Below the pieces are notes generated by a model. It was not told the origin of the DNA. It saw only the letters and a program-made list of their open reading frames with translations, and searched no databases. Below, piece after piece: positions 17,253-24,473 of a DNA stretch of 28,773 nucleotides. Origin of the DNA: a virus (Duplodnaviria; Caudoviricetes); IMG/VR virus record IMGVR_UViG_3300030395_000713, positions 1-28,773 of that record, one strand, 5' to 3'. Every line of letters begins with the position of its first letter. The stretch's first letter is position 1. A program made the position numbers and the translations under genes.

Positions 17253-17459
17253 ATGCAACCGTATTTTGAAAGATTGAAAAAACTTGAAGTTTTAATAGGT
17301 GCAGTTGAAGATCAGCTGTGGCTAATTGGATCTGATTTACCAGATAATCAGAAAAAAGAGTTTAGAGAAGTTTATGACTTAACTCATAAAATTTTCACAA
17401 CAGCTGCTAGTCATCATGCACTAGAAGATATGCCTAATCGCTTGAGAAATGCCGAGTGA
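17253..17459 (+). CDS. Hypothetical protein
   Basis: AGGAG RBS; helical ORF. Confidence 0.65.
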   Translation: MQPYFERLKKLEVLIGAVEDQLWLIGSDLPDNQKKEFREVYDLTHKIFTTAASHHALEDMPNRLRNAE

Positions 17460-18442
17460 TTGACATGGAAATGCATGATTATGTAGAGCAACTTGCAAAA
17501 TATTATGATGATTGGCCTGATATGAAAATTGGGTCATCATCTATTACTGTTCCACAAATGGGTGAAATGCTCAGAATGTGTCATTACTATGATTGTCGTG
17601 GAATATCAGAATATGTTTATGAAGCAAGTCACGCTGAGTATGCCGATATGTCTGTTCCTCCATCTTGTGACACTATTTTGCCCGCACCCGCTGTTGGGTT
17701 TTTTGTTGATTTAAAACCGACAAAATCACATTACGGTCAACATGAACCAGACAGTGTATTTGACACAACAGTTAATAATTTAATTATACTTTTGCCCACT
17801 TGCAAAAAGAAAGACGGTGAAATTTTAATTGAAACCGCAGCTGTCAAGAATAGTATTCCACAAGTAGGAATATCAGACGGTGAAGGTGTAGAGTTTCCAG
17901 AACTTTTTTATAAAAACTTTGTTGTTCTGTCTTGTTATCTTAGTCCAAATACAATGCCGCACCCTATCGGCACAATAGAATGTCAAAAATTAGGAGGTGT
18001 TGAAGTCTTTAACTTTGCTCATGATATTGAAGTTGTTAGAGGGCAAACACAGGAAGCACACAACGCAGACGCTACATGGCTGCGACACGTAGCTTCTTTT
18101 CTTAAAGTGATAAATAAGCCAAGATTTGTAAAAACAGGTGTTTCTGGTAGCCGACAGCAGCGCAGAGGGTTAAATAGAGGAATGGGTTTTGCTACAGATG
18201 CATGGCATCGAGTTTCTTGGAATGTTGATAAACCTGTTAATGCTAGAGAACCTTATGACAAAGGTTTTCACAAAATGCCGTTACACTTTAACAAGGGACA
18301 TTGGAAAAAAGCACAAGAACATCACCCTAAATCTGTCTTGCGATATGGGCAATGGAAAACATGGATTGAAGGGTATTGGGCGGGACACCCTGCGTTTGGT
18401 TACAAAAAGCAATATTGGAAACCTACAAAAAAAAGTGCATAG
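17456..18442 (+). CDS. Hypothetical phage protein with a basic/aromatic C-terminal motif
   Basis: 328 aa; C-terminal HFNKGHWK...WIEGYWAGHP resembles the HxRRGHWR...W..G tail seen in many uncharacterised phage proteins. Confidence 0.7.
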   Translation: MIDMEMHDYVEQLAKYYDDWPDMKIGSSSITVPQMGEMLRMCHYYDCRGISEYVYEASHAEYADMSVPPSCDTILPAPAVGFFVDLKPTKSHYGQHEPDSVFDTTVNNLIILLPTCKKKDGEILIETAAVKNSIPQVGISDGEGVEFPELFYKNFVVLSCYLSPNTMPHPIGTIECQKLGGVEVFNFAHDIEVVRGQTQEAHNADATWLRHVASFLKVINKPRFVKTGVSGSRQQRRGLNRGMGFATDAWHRVSWNVDKPVNAREPYDKGFHKMPLHFNKGHWKKAQEHHPKSVLRYGQWKTWIEGYWAGHPAFGYKKQYWKPTKKSA

Positions 18443-18450
18443 GTGACTTT

Positions 18451-18885
18451 ATGGAACTTATTAAAGTCGAAATAGAAGTGTCGGGGCAGCCTCAAGGAAA
18501 GGGTCGGCCTCGATTTACTCGTAACGGTCGAGCATATACTCCTGAAAAGACAAGAGAATATGAAACTCGAATACACGCAGCTGCATGGCAAAAAATGCAT
18601 GAAATGAAATTAGATCCAACATCTAAATTTTGTCATGTCGAAATTGTTGCATTTATGGAAATTCCAAAATCATGGTCAAAAGTTAAAAGACTAGAAGCCG
18701 AATACGGTGCTATTTTACCAACTACTAAGCCTGACATAGATAATATTATTAAATCTGCGTTAGATGGAGTTGAAGGTGTGATTTATTATTCAGATACACA
18801 AGTGACTAGCATTAATGCTAAAAAAGTTTATTGTCATCCTGATCGGGGTGCAGTGCTTTATATGTCTGTTTCTTGGACAATATAA
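18451..18885 (+). CDS. rusA: RusA-family Holliday junction resolvase
   Basis: GQPQGKGRPRF, YTPEKTREYE, KPDIDNIIKSALDG, YYSDTQV catalytic motifs; AGGTG RBS supports the ATG at 18451. Confidence 0.9.
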   Translation: MELIKVEIEVSGQPQGKGRPRFTRNGRAYTPEKTREYETRIHAAAWQKMHEMKLDPTSKFCHVEIVAFMEIPKSWSKVKRLEAEYGAILPTTKPDIDNIIKSALDGVEGVIYYSDTQVTSINAKKVYCHPDRGAVLYMSVSWTI

Positions 18886-19187
18886 GAATAATCTGCACCG
18901 TATTTTTCTCGCCATCTTTTTTTATCATCATGAATAGCTAATTTAGATTTATCCCATAAACCTTGATGATGCCCTTCACAAAGCGGTATAGCTTCTAAAT
19001 CACTAGCTTTTTTCATGCTAAATCTATCATGAATAGGATGATGTGCTGTTGTTGGACTATACTGAACTTCATTAAACTTTTTGCAAACGCAGCATGGCAT
19101 TTCTCTAATTTTGTCTAAATATTTTGCATTGCGTTTTGTTTTATCTGCTTTCAGTCCAAGCGGTGGTTTATTTGCTAAATTACTTAT
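18858..19187 (-). CDS. DUF968/Ref-like zinc-binding HNH-type protein
   Basis: YLDKIREMPCCVC...AHH...AIPLCEGHHQG motif; frame is open 29 codons upstream of the ATG at 19100, up to an ATA at 19187. Confidence 0.7.
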   Translation of the reverse strand: MSNLANKPPLGLKADKTKRNAKYLDKIREMPCCVCKKFNEVQYSPTTAHHPIHDRFSMKKASDLEAIPLCEGHHQGLWDKSKLAIHDDKKRWREKYGADYSYIVQETDI

Positions 19188-19399
19188 GACAATACCAATT
19201 CTTGATGTTTTCTAATTATATCATTCATATTAGGTTTCGGCGGTATTTCTATAACTTTGTGGTCAACTTTGCCATTAATTATTTTATCAACAACTACTGA
19301 AGAACTTTTATCATCAAATAAATTGAGTGTAATAACCATGTTATTTTCGTGATCAACTAAAGTAGTATAACTCCATCTTTTTTTATGCGAGTGGGTCAT
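19184..19399 (-). CDS. Hypothetical protein
   Basis: Fills the gap in the minus-strand operon and overlaps both neighbours. Confidence 0.55.
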   Translation of the reverse strand: MTHSHKKRWSYTTLVDHENNMVITLNLFDDKSSSVVVDKIINGKVDHKVIEIPPKPNMNDIIRKHQELVLS

Positions 19400-19778
19400 A
19401 ACCTATAGCCTCAGATAGTTTTTGCATAGACAGTTCAAAATAATCATTAAATTCTTTCTGGCTCATATCATCAAACGAAATGCTGTCCATAATACGCATA
19501 TGTGCGCTTGCTAGACTGTTCCACCTCATTTTGACATATCCACACGCCCATTTCAATTCGCTATGTAAATGTTGTTCTGTCGGCCATCTGTTTGTAGCAT
19601 CGCAAACATTTTTAAGTGTTGCCCAATATAAATTGTGATGCGGGTTAGATCGTTTGCCTGTTGCTTGTAAATTGAAAACTTGATTTTCTTTGTATTCTTC
19701 TATTTTTACAGCATCATACTCAGTAGAGGGCATTAACTGCCCCCCACTTTTTACAACTTGTAATTGTAACTTACCCAT
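19383..19778 (-). CDS. DUF1367 / NinB(Orf)-like recombination accessory protein
   Basis: RSNPHHNLYWA, LKWACGY, SISFDDMSQKEFNDYF motifs; in the recombination module; start at 19778 or 19790. Confidence 0.7.
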   Translation of the reverse strand: MGKLQLQVVKSGGQLMPSTEYDAVKIEEYKENQVFNLQATGKRSNPHHNLYWATLKNVCDATNRWPTEQHLHSELKWACGYVKMRWNSLASAHMRIMDSISFDDMSQKEFNDYFELSMQKLSEAIGYDPLA

Positions 19779-20133
19779 AGTTTTGCTCATAATAATCAGG
19801 GGTAAGTTCTGGTAAATTTGTTGCAGTTTGTTCACCGCTTATTCGTTTGCGTGTTCTAAAAAACCCATCATGTTCTGGATATCTCTCCATAAATTTTCTA
19901 GAAAACCAAGGAGTATAATTGTTATTAAGCTTAAAAGTTGATTTTCCATCAACATCAGCCTGATCAGTTTCCCATCGAATACGCTCAAAAATAGCTTGTG
20001 CAGAATAATTTCTAAAACCTCTCGCTATAATTTCTTTTGTGAATTTTACAAAAAGTCTTGAAACTTCTGGGTTTTGTTTGCTGAAAGCTTCAGCTTGTTC
20101 ATTAATTTCATCTTCTCTACTTTTTTCAATCAT
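19771..20133 (-). CDS. Conserved hypothetical phage protein
   Basis: AAGGA RBS before MIEKSRE; NPEV..LFVKF, YSAQAIFERIRWE, FKLNNNYTPWFSRKFM, GFFRTR motifs. Confidence 0.75.
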   Translation of the reverse strand: MIEKSREDEINEQAEAFSKQNPEVSRLFVKFTKEIIARGFRNYSAQAIFERIRWETDQADVDGKSTFKLNNNYTPWFSRKFMERYPEHDGFFRTRKRISGEQTATNLPELTPDYYEQNYG

Positions 20134-20146
20134 AACTTTTTCCTTC

Positions 20147-20572
20147 TTAAAATGGAATTTCATCATCAAAATCTTGTGCTTTTACTGCGTCTCGAGAATA
20201 ATCTACTTCTATTTTTTCTCCTTCAGCATAGCGTGATTTTTCTTTCTCAGATACTTTAGCAGCTGCTTCAACAACGTTCATTGTTCCAGTGTTTTTACCC
20301 CCTAATAATTTAACGTCTGTTGCATTTATTGATAAATACGTTTTGCCTTCGTATTCGTTCTTTTTTAAATCTCCTGTTATTGCAACAAGCTTTCCTTTTA
20401 ACAAGTAAGGAGATATTTTTGTTCTAAAGTATCTTGCACCAAAAAACATTGTGCCTTTGTTTTCTCCATAGCCATCGTCGACAGCTATAGAAAATTTTAC
20501 AAAAGAATTTTTTTCATTTTCGACTACTTCACAATCTTTAGTCAGATAGCCTACAGCGGTTATATTTTTCAT
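20147..20572 (-). CDS. ssb: Single-stranded DNA-binding protein
   Basis: OB-fold motifs (ITAVGYLTKD, KFSIAVDDGYG, YLLKGKLVAITGDL) and acidic tail DFDDEIPF. Confidence 0.92.
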   Translation of the reverse strand: MKNITAVGYLTKDCEVVENEKNSFVKFSIAVDDGYGENKGTMFFGARYFRTKISPYLLKGKLVAITGDLKKNEYEGKTYLSINATDVKLLGGKNTGTMNVVEAAAKVSEKEKSRYAEGEKIEVDYSRDAVKAQDFDDEIPF

Positions 20573-21159
20573 TGCTGCAACTCCTTTTTTCTTTTGTCGT
20601 GAGCATCAACAATTTTATTATATTCTTCTTCACCTATACCAACCATATTAAGAACTTTTTCATATTTCTTTTCTGCGGCTAGAAAACGCTCAAGATTGCA
20701 GTCTTCATAAAACTCCAACATTGCATCTATTCTTTCAGCTTGATCAATACTTAGATTAGGTTCACTACTTTTAGGTTTCTGGTTTTTAAATTCGTCAGCT
20801 TCTTCTTCGCTGTAAACATCACCATGCAAACCAACAAGTTTAAGAATAACTCTATCCTTTGCTCTTTTTTCTGCCATAGCGTAAGGATATTTGTTTGTCG
20901 TGTTGTAAGGTGCAGCCTCACCAATAGACCATTCGGTAGCATCGCCCATGTGTCCAGTTACACAAATAGCAACAAACTTTTCTTTTATATTGCTTTCTAT
21001 GATGTTTGGAGCATCAAAAACTATATTATGCTTACTAGCTATTTTTTCTAATGCTTTATGTAGTACGACAGGTGTACCGTGACAGTTCCAAGTTGCTTGT
21101 CTTTCTGTCAAACCAACTTCTTCAATTAAATCTTTTAATCGTTCTGGTATTTTAGTCAT
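20569..21159 (-). CDS. Putative ssDNA-annealing/recombination protein
   Basis: Directly upstream of ssb; WSIGEA, YPYAMAEKRAKDRVILKLVGLHGDVYSEEEADEF motif; start MTKIPERL. Confidence 0.5.
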   Translation of the reverse strand: MTKIPERLKDLIEEVGLTERQATWNCHGTPVVLHKALEKIASKHNIVFDAPNIIESNIKEKFVAICVTGHMGDATEWSIGEAAPYNTTNKYPYAMAEKRAKDRVILKLVGLHGDVYSEEEADEFKNQKPKSSEPNLSIDQAERIDAMLEFYEDCNLERFLAAEKKYEKVLNMVGIGEEEYNKIVDAHDKRKKELQQ

Positions 21160-21346
21160 TTTTTCTTTCTTTCTCAGTTCTTTCTTTAATAAAATCAAAT
21201 TCATGATATAGAGACCAAAAAGCAGCCTCTATATTTCTTACATCTGACAACCACAAATCTTGACAATCAGAAATCTGGTTTGATGTACTTCTAAGTGTTT
21301 TAAATACTTTCCAAATAATCTCCTTTTCTTCTTTATTTAAAGGCAT
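21152..21346 (-). CDS. Hypothetical protein
   Basis: ORF overlapping both neighbours in the operon. Confidence 0.65.
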   Translation of the reverse strand: MPLNKEEKEIIWKVFKTLRSTSNQISDCQDLWLSDVRNIEAAFWSLYHEFDFIKERTEKERKND

Positions 21347-21569
21347 TTTCTAACCTTTCTAATTCAACTTCAATTTTACCGAGTTCGCTATTTTGATAAT
21401 TGTCGTAAACTTTATCTATAGCTGCCTCTACAATTTTATGCCAACCAGTGGGAAAATGTTCGTCTGGTCGCGTATTAGCTTTTTCGCCGATCTTTGTTGT
21501 ATATTCCCACACAGCTTCAGTTATTGCGTGTTTAACAGCAACTTGTGGTGGACGCTTTTTAGTATCCAT
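21333..21569 (-). CDS. Hypothetical protein, first gene of the leftward recombination operon
   Basis: AAGGAG RBS; divergent from the Cro-like gene. Confidence 0.7.
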   Translation of the reverse strand: MDTKKRPPQVAVKHAITEAVWEYTTKIGEKANTRPDEHFPTGWHKIVEAAIDKVYDNYQNSELGKIEVELERLENAFK

Positions 21570-21589
21570 ATAATTTCTCCTTTTTGCTA

Positions 21590-21655
21590 TTTTTTGACTT
21601 TACTTAATTTTTTATGTACTGTAAAGAAGAAAATAATTAAATGTAAACATAAAGA
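21590..21655. promoter_or_regulatory. Divergent promoter/operator region with TTTAC/GTAAA boxes
   Basis: AT-rich; TTTAC at 21599, GTAAA at 21621 and 21643 (22-bp spacing); shares a 14/15 match with 16736-16750. Confidence 0.6.
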
Positions 21656-21662
21656 GGTTAAA

Positions 21663-21842
21663 ATGGAAAATAAGACAGTTTTAAGTCTTGATGAAATTAG
21701 ACACAAGTTAAGAGATAGAAACTTAACAGCTGTTGCTAAAAATGCTAATGTCTCAAGACCAGTGTTATATCAGATTATTAACAACGAAACAGATCCAAAA
21801 TTTTCTACAGTTGAAAGATTGTCTGATTATCTGCAAGAATAA
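21663..21842 (+). CDS. Cro/XRE-family HTH transcriptional regulator (59 aa)
   Basis: AGAGG RBS; DRNLTAVAKNANVSRPVLYQIINNETDPKFSTVERLSDYL. Confidence 0.85.
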   Translation: MENKTVLSLDEIRHKLRDRNLTAVAKNANVSRPVLYQIINNETDPKFSTVERLSDYLQE

Positions 21843-21845
21843 CTA

Positions 21846-21875
21846 AACCCTAGAAGTTAAAAAACTCCTAGGGTT
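21846..21875. repeat. Inverted repeat / hairpin between the HTH gene and the initiator
   Basis: AACCCTAGAAGTT-AAAA-AACTCCTAGGGTT; one A/C mismatch on plus that becomes a G-U pair on minus. Confidence 0.65.
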
Positions 21876-21936
21876 ATGAGCAATAAAGAAGAAGTATTAT
21901 ACTAATACTACAGACTACAAGGAGTAATCTTAGATA

Positions 21937-22638
21937 ATGAGTAACCTAGTTTCAAATGTAATTCAAACAAAATTAATAGGTTCACCGACTAAAAAAGCAA
22001 TTCTTATGTACATGGCAGATAAAGCTAGCGATGACGGTAGCGGTATTTGGGTGAGCAAAGGCAACATGGCAGCTGACTTAGAAATGTCTAGTCGTGCGGT
22101 AAGAATACACATAAAAGATATGCTTGCTTTAAATATTTTAAAAGTGACTGGGCAAAAAGAGTGCCGAAACGGTTATACAATAGATTATCAGATAAATTTA
22201 GAGGTTGTTAGTAAGTTGCCGTCAACAAGACCACCACTGAATAGCATTCACCCCTACCACGGTATGACATTCAGCGGTACCGATGAACAGGGTTCAGATA
22301 AACCATTAAAAGAACCATCCACTGAACCTATTATATTAGTTCGTTCAATAGATGTTGTTATAGAACAATTTAATGAGTTTTGGAAAAAGTATCCAAGAAA
22401 AACAGCAAAAGCACCCGCACAAAAAGTTTTTGCAAGAGCGTTAACAAAAATAGATTTTGAAGATATGATGAAAAAATTAGATGTTTTTATTGATGTTCAT
22501 AAAGATACAAAGAAACAATTTTTGCCTCATGCTAGTACATGGTTAAATCAAGAACGATGGAATGATGAATATGAGCAAGCACCAAATTTTGCAGATTTGC
22601 AAAAAACTGTTTTAGGGGAGATGTTGAATGCGAAATGA
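21937..22638 (+). CDS. Replication initiator (lambda O-like, N-terminal winged HTH)
   Basis: KAILMYMADKASDDGSGIWVS...MAADLEMSSRAVRIHIK; C-terminal FNEFWKKYPRK...FLPHASTWLNQERWNDE; internal repeats. Confidence 0.85.
   Translation: MSNLVSNVIQTKLIGSPTKKAILMYMADKASDDGSGIWVSKGNMAADLEMSSRAVRIHIKDMLALNILKVTGQKECRNGYTIDYQINLEVVSKLPSTRPPLNSIHPYHGMTFSGTDEQGSDKPLKEPSTEPIILVRSIDVVIEQFNEFWKKYPRKTAKAPAQKVFARALTKIDFEDMMKKLDVFIDVHKDTKKQFLPHASTWLNQERWNDEYEQAPNFADLQKTVLGEMLNAK
22233..22305. repeat. Three 23-bp degenerate direct repeats (putative iterons / origin)
   Basis: ACCACTGAATAGCATTCACCCCT, ACCACGGTATGACATTCAGCGGT, ACCGATGAACAGGGTTCAGATAA at 22233/22256/22279. Confidence 0.65.
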
Positions 22639-23089
22639 AGAATTGAAAACAAAAACATTAAAAATGCTAGGCAGATTAAATGCACCTAGGGCAGTGCAGA
22701 ACAATGATGAAAGCATGAAAAGTGAAGCTGAGTTTCTTTGTAATCAAATAATTAAACTAGCACCTAGTCAAAATTATACACAGTGGTTCATTGATTTTGA
22801 GACAACATTATTGAGTAACTTGGAAACTAGAACATGGCCGACAGCAAAAGAAATAAGTAAAGCAGCAAAAATAATTGCGCCGAAACGTCCTGAATTTCGA
22901 GAACAATCACCTGAAAAGTATCAGCCTAATGAATTGAAAATAAACGCAAATAGAATAAATAACAATGAGCCAGTAGGTGAAAATTATATAATGGGGGCAA
23001 TGGCTGAGCAAATGGTTAGGGCGGGTCTTGTGGCAGAAAAGCAACTAGAACCCTATAAAGAATACTTGAAACGTATGAAAAATGATTAA
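22628..23089 (+). CDS. Hypothetical protein (possible replication accessory)
   Basis: Overlaps the initiator gene; TRTWPTAKEI motif; occupies the position of lambda P-like loaders. Confidence 0.65.
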   Translation: MRNEELKTKTLKMLGRLNAPRAVQNNDESMKSEAEFLCNQIIKLAPSQNYTQWFIDFETTLLSNLETRTWPTAKEISKAAKIIAPKRPEFREQSPEKYQPNELKINANRINNNEPVGENYIMGAMAEQMVRAGLVAEKQLEPYKEYLKRMKND

Positions 23090-23106
23090 ATTATGTTATA
23101 CAGGTC

Positions 23107-23213
23107 GTGAGGTTTCAAACTCCTCCCTGTTTGAATTAGGTTCGCTTATTACTGCTTTTTTACGAACTATCAAACCTCACCAACTTCCCTCGCCTTGCGC
23201 GGGGGATTTTTTT
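23107..23213 (+). ncRNA. Candidate structured small RNA with an anti-SD loop
   Basis: Nested stems GTGAGGT/ACCTCAC, TTCAAAC/GTTTGAA (loop TCCTCCCT), GTTCG/CGAAC; TGTTATACA upstream; terminator downstream; non-coding gap in a dense genome. Confidence 0.55.
23186..23213 (+). terminator. Intrinsic terminator
   Basis: TCCCTCGC-CTTGC-GCGGGGGA followed by T7. Confidence 0.8.
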
Positions 23214-23222
23214 CAGTATAAT
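23195..23222 (+). promoter_or_regulatory. Putative sigma70 promoter for the ParB-Mom-terminase operon
   Basis: TTGCGC-16 bp-TATAAT, overlapping the terminator. Confidence 0.55.
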
Positions 23223-23248
23223 ACACAAGCAACAGAAAGGGCGCACCC

Positions 23249-23782
23249 ATGACAGATGGACGGTCTTGGCCTGCTGATAAGGTAGAGCGAAGAGATATAG
23301 AAACGTTAATACCTTACGCTAGAAATAGTCGTACTCATAGCGATGATCAAATCACACAAATAGCAGCTAGTATAAAAGAATGGGGTTTTACTAATCCAAT
23401 CTTAATAGATGGTGATAATGGTATTATAGCGGGTCATGGTAGGCTCTTAGCAGCAAAAAAACTAAATTTAAAAGAAGTGCCATGCATCCAAGCTGATAAC
23501 TGGTCAGAAGCACAAAAAAAAGCATATGTCATTGCAGATAACAAACTAGCATTAAATGCGGGATGGGATGACAGTCTGCTAAAGATAGAATTTAGAGAAT
23601 TAACAGATTTAAATTTTGACACAGAATTAACAGGGTTTTCTGTAGATGAATTAAGTAATTTATTTTTTGAACCAGACTTTGGTGCGGGAACAGAAGACGA
23701 TCAAGGACAATTAGATGAATTAGATCCAAAATGGATTAACTGTCCTCATTGCGGTGAAAAGTTTGATGAAAGAAAAATCTAA
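23249..23782 (+). CDS. ParB/Srx N-terminal domain protein with C-terminal zinc ribbon
   Basis: LIPYARNSRTHSDDQITQIAASIKEWGFTNPILID..IIAGHGRLLAA..ADNKLALNAGWD; ends CPHCGEKF. Confidence 0.9.
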   Translation: MTDGRSWPADKVERRDIETLIPYARNSRTHSDDQITQIAASIKEWGFTNPILIDGDNGIIAGHGRLLAAKKLNLKEVPCIQADNWSEAQKKAYVIADNKLALNAGWDDSLLKIEFRELTDLNFDTELTGFSVDELSNLFFEPDFGAGTEDDQGQLDELDPKWINCPHCGEKFDERKI

Positions 23783-24473
23783 ACTTCATCTTGATTGGGC
23801 AGCCTATGACGCTGCAAAATATGCTTGTGAAAACTGGCACTATACTCGATCTATGCCAGTAGGAAAGCTTATAAAAATAGGTGTGTGGGAAGATGACAAA
23901 TTTATAGGAGTTGTTTTGTTCGGTAGAGGTGCCAATAATAATATGCTGAAGCCGTTTAAGTTAGAAATGACAGAAGGGTGTGAACTTGTAAGAATAGCAC
24001 TGAAAGAACATAAAACTCCTGTTAGCAGAATAATGTCTATAGCAATAAAGTTTCTGCAAAAAAAATCACCGAGTTTAAAATTAATAGTTAGTTATGCAGA
24101 TGCAGACCAAGATCATCATGGCGGTATTTATCAGGCTACTAACTGGATATACACAGGGTTAAGAAACGCAGGTTCGTCTGGTTCTTGGATAGTTAATGGC
24201 AAGCAAGTTCATAGCAAAACTATTCATAGCAAAGGTGTTAGACAAACATTAGATGAAATTAGAAAGCATTTAGATCCAAAAGCAACAAAATATTATACTA
24301 AAGGCAAACACAGATATTTAATGCCTTTAACTAAAGAAATGTATGAACAGATAAAACATTTATCAGAACCTTATCCAAAGCGTGTAAAGAAGGCGATGGC
24401 TAGTTCCCAACTGGCACAGCGGCGGGGCAGCACCGACCTACACGCTCCAATACAAGAGGCAGCCTATGACTAA
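23766..24473 (+). CDS. mom: Mom-like (GNAT-fold) DNA base-modification protein
   Basis: WHY, IGVWEDDKFIGVVLFG, ELVRIAL, LIVSYADADQDHHGGIYQATNWIYTG, KHRYL match the phage Mu Mom family pattern. Confidence 0.8.
   Translation: MKEKSKLHLDWAAYDAAKYACENWHYTRSMPVGKLIKIGVWEDDKFIGVVLFGRGANNNMLKPFKLEMTEGCELVRIALKEHKTPVSRIMSIAIKFLQKKSPSLKLIVSYADADQDHHGGIYQATNWIYTGLRNAGSSGSWIVNGKQVHSKTIHSKGVRQTLDEIRKHLDPKATKYYTKGKHRYLMPLTKEMYEQIKHLSEPYPKRVKKAMASSQLAQRRGSTDLHAPIQEAAYD

Noticed and set aside
21393-21662. N-terminal extension of the HTH ORF (149 aa in the track)
   Set aside because: It overlaps an opposite-strand gene and the promoter region; the RBS supports the ATG at 21663
22233-22305. Periodic repeats here and at 16721-16853 as a CRISPR array
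   Set aside because: Repeats are short and degenerate, with no unique 30-40 bp spacers and no cas genes
23107-23180. Three-way junction as a hammerhead ribozyme or tRNA
   Set aside because: No CUGANGA/GAAA core in the right arrangement on either strand, and no D/T-loop consensus or cloverleaf
23249-23782. ParB as evidence of plasmid-prophage partitioning
   Set aside because: Only the N-terminal ParB/Srx domain is present, with no HTH, ParA or parS; context is DNA modification and packaging
23754-23782. Programmed frameshift fusing ParB to Mom
   Set aside because: No clear slippery heptamer or stimulatory structure; Mom has its own ATG at 23766
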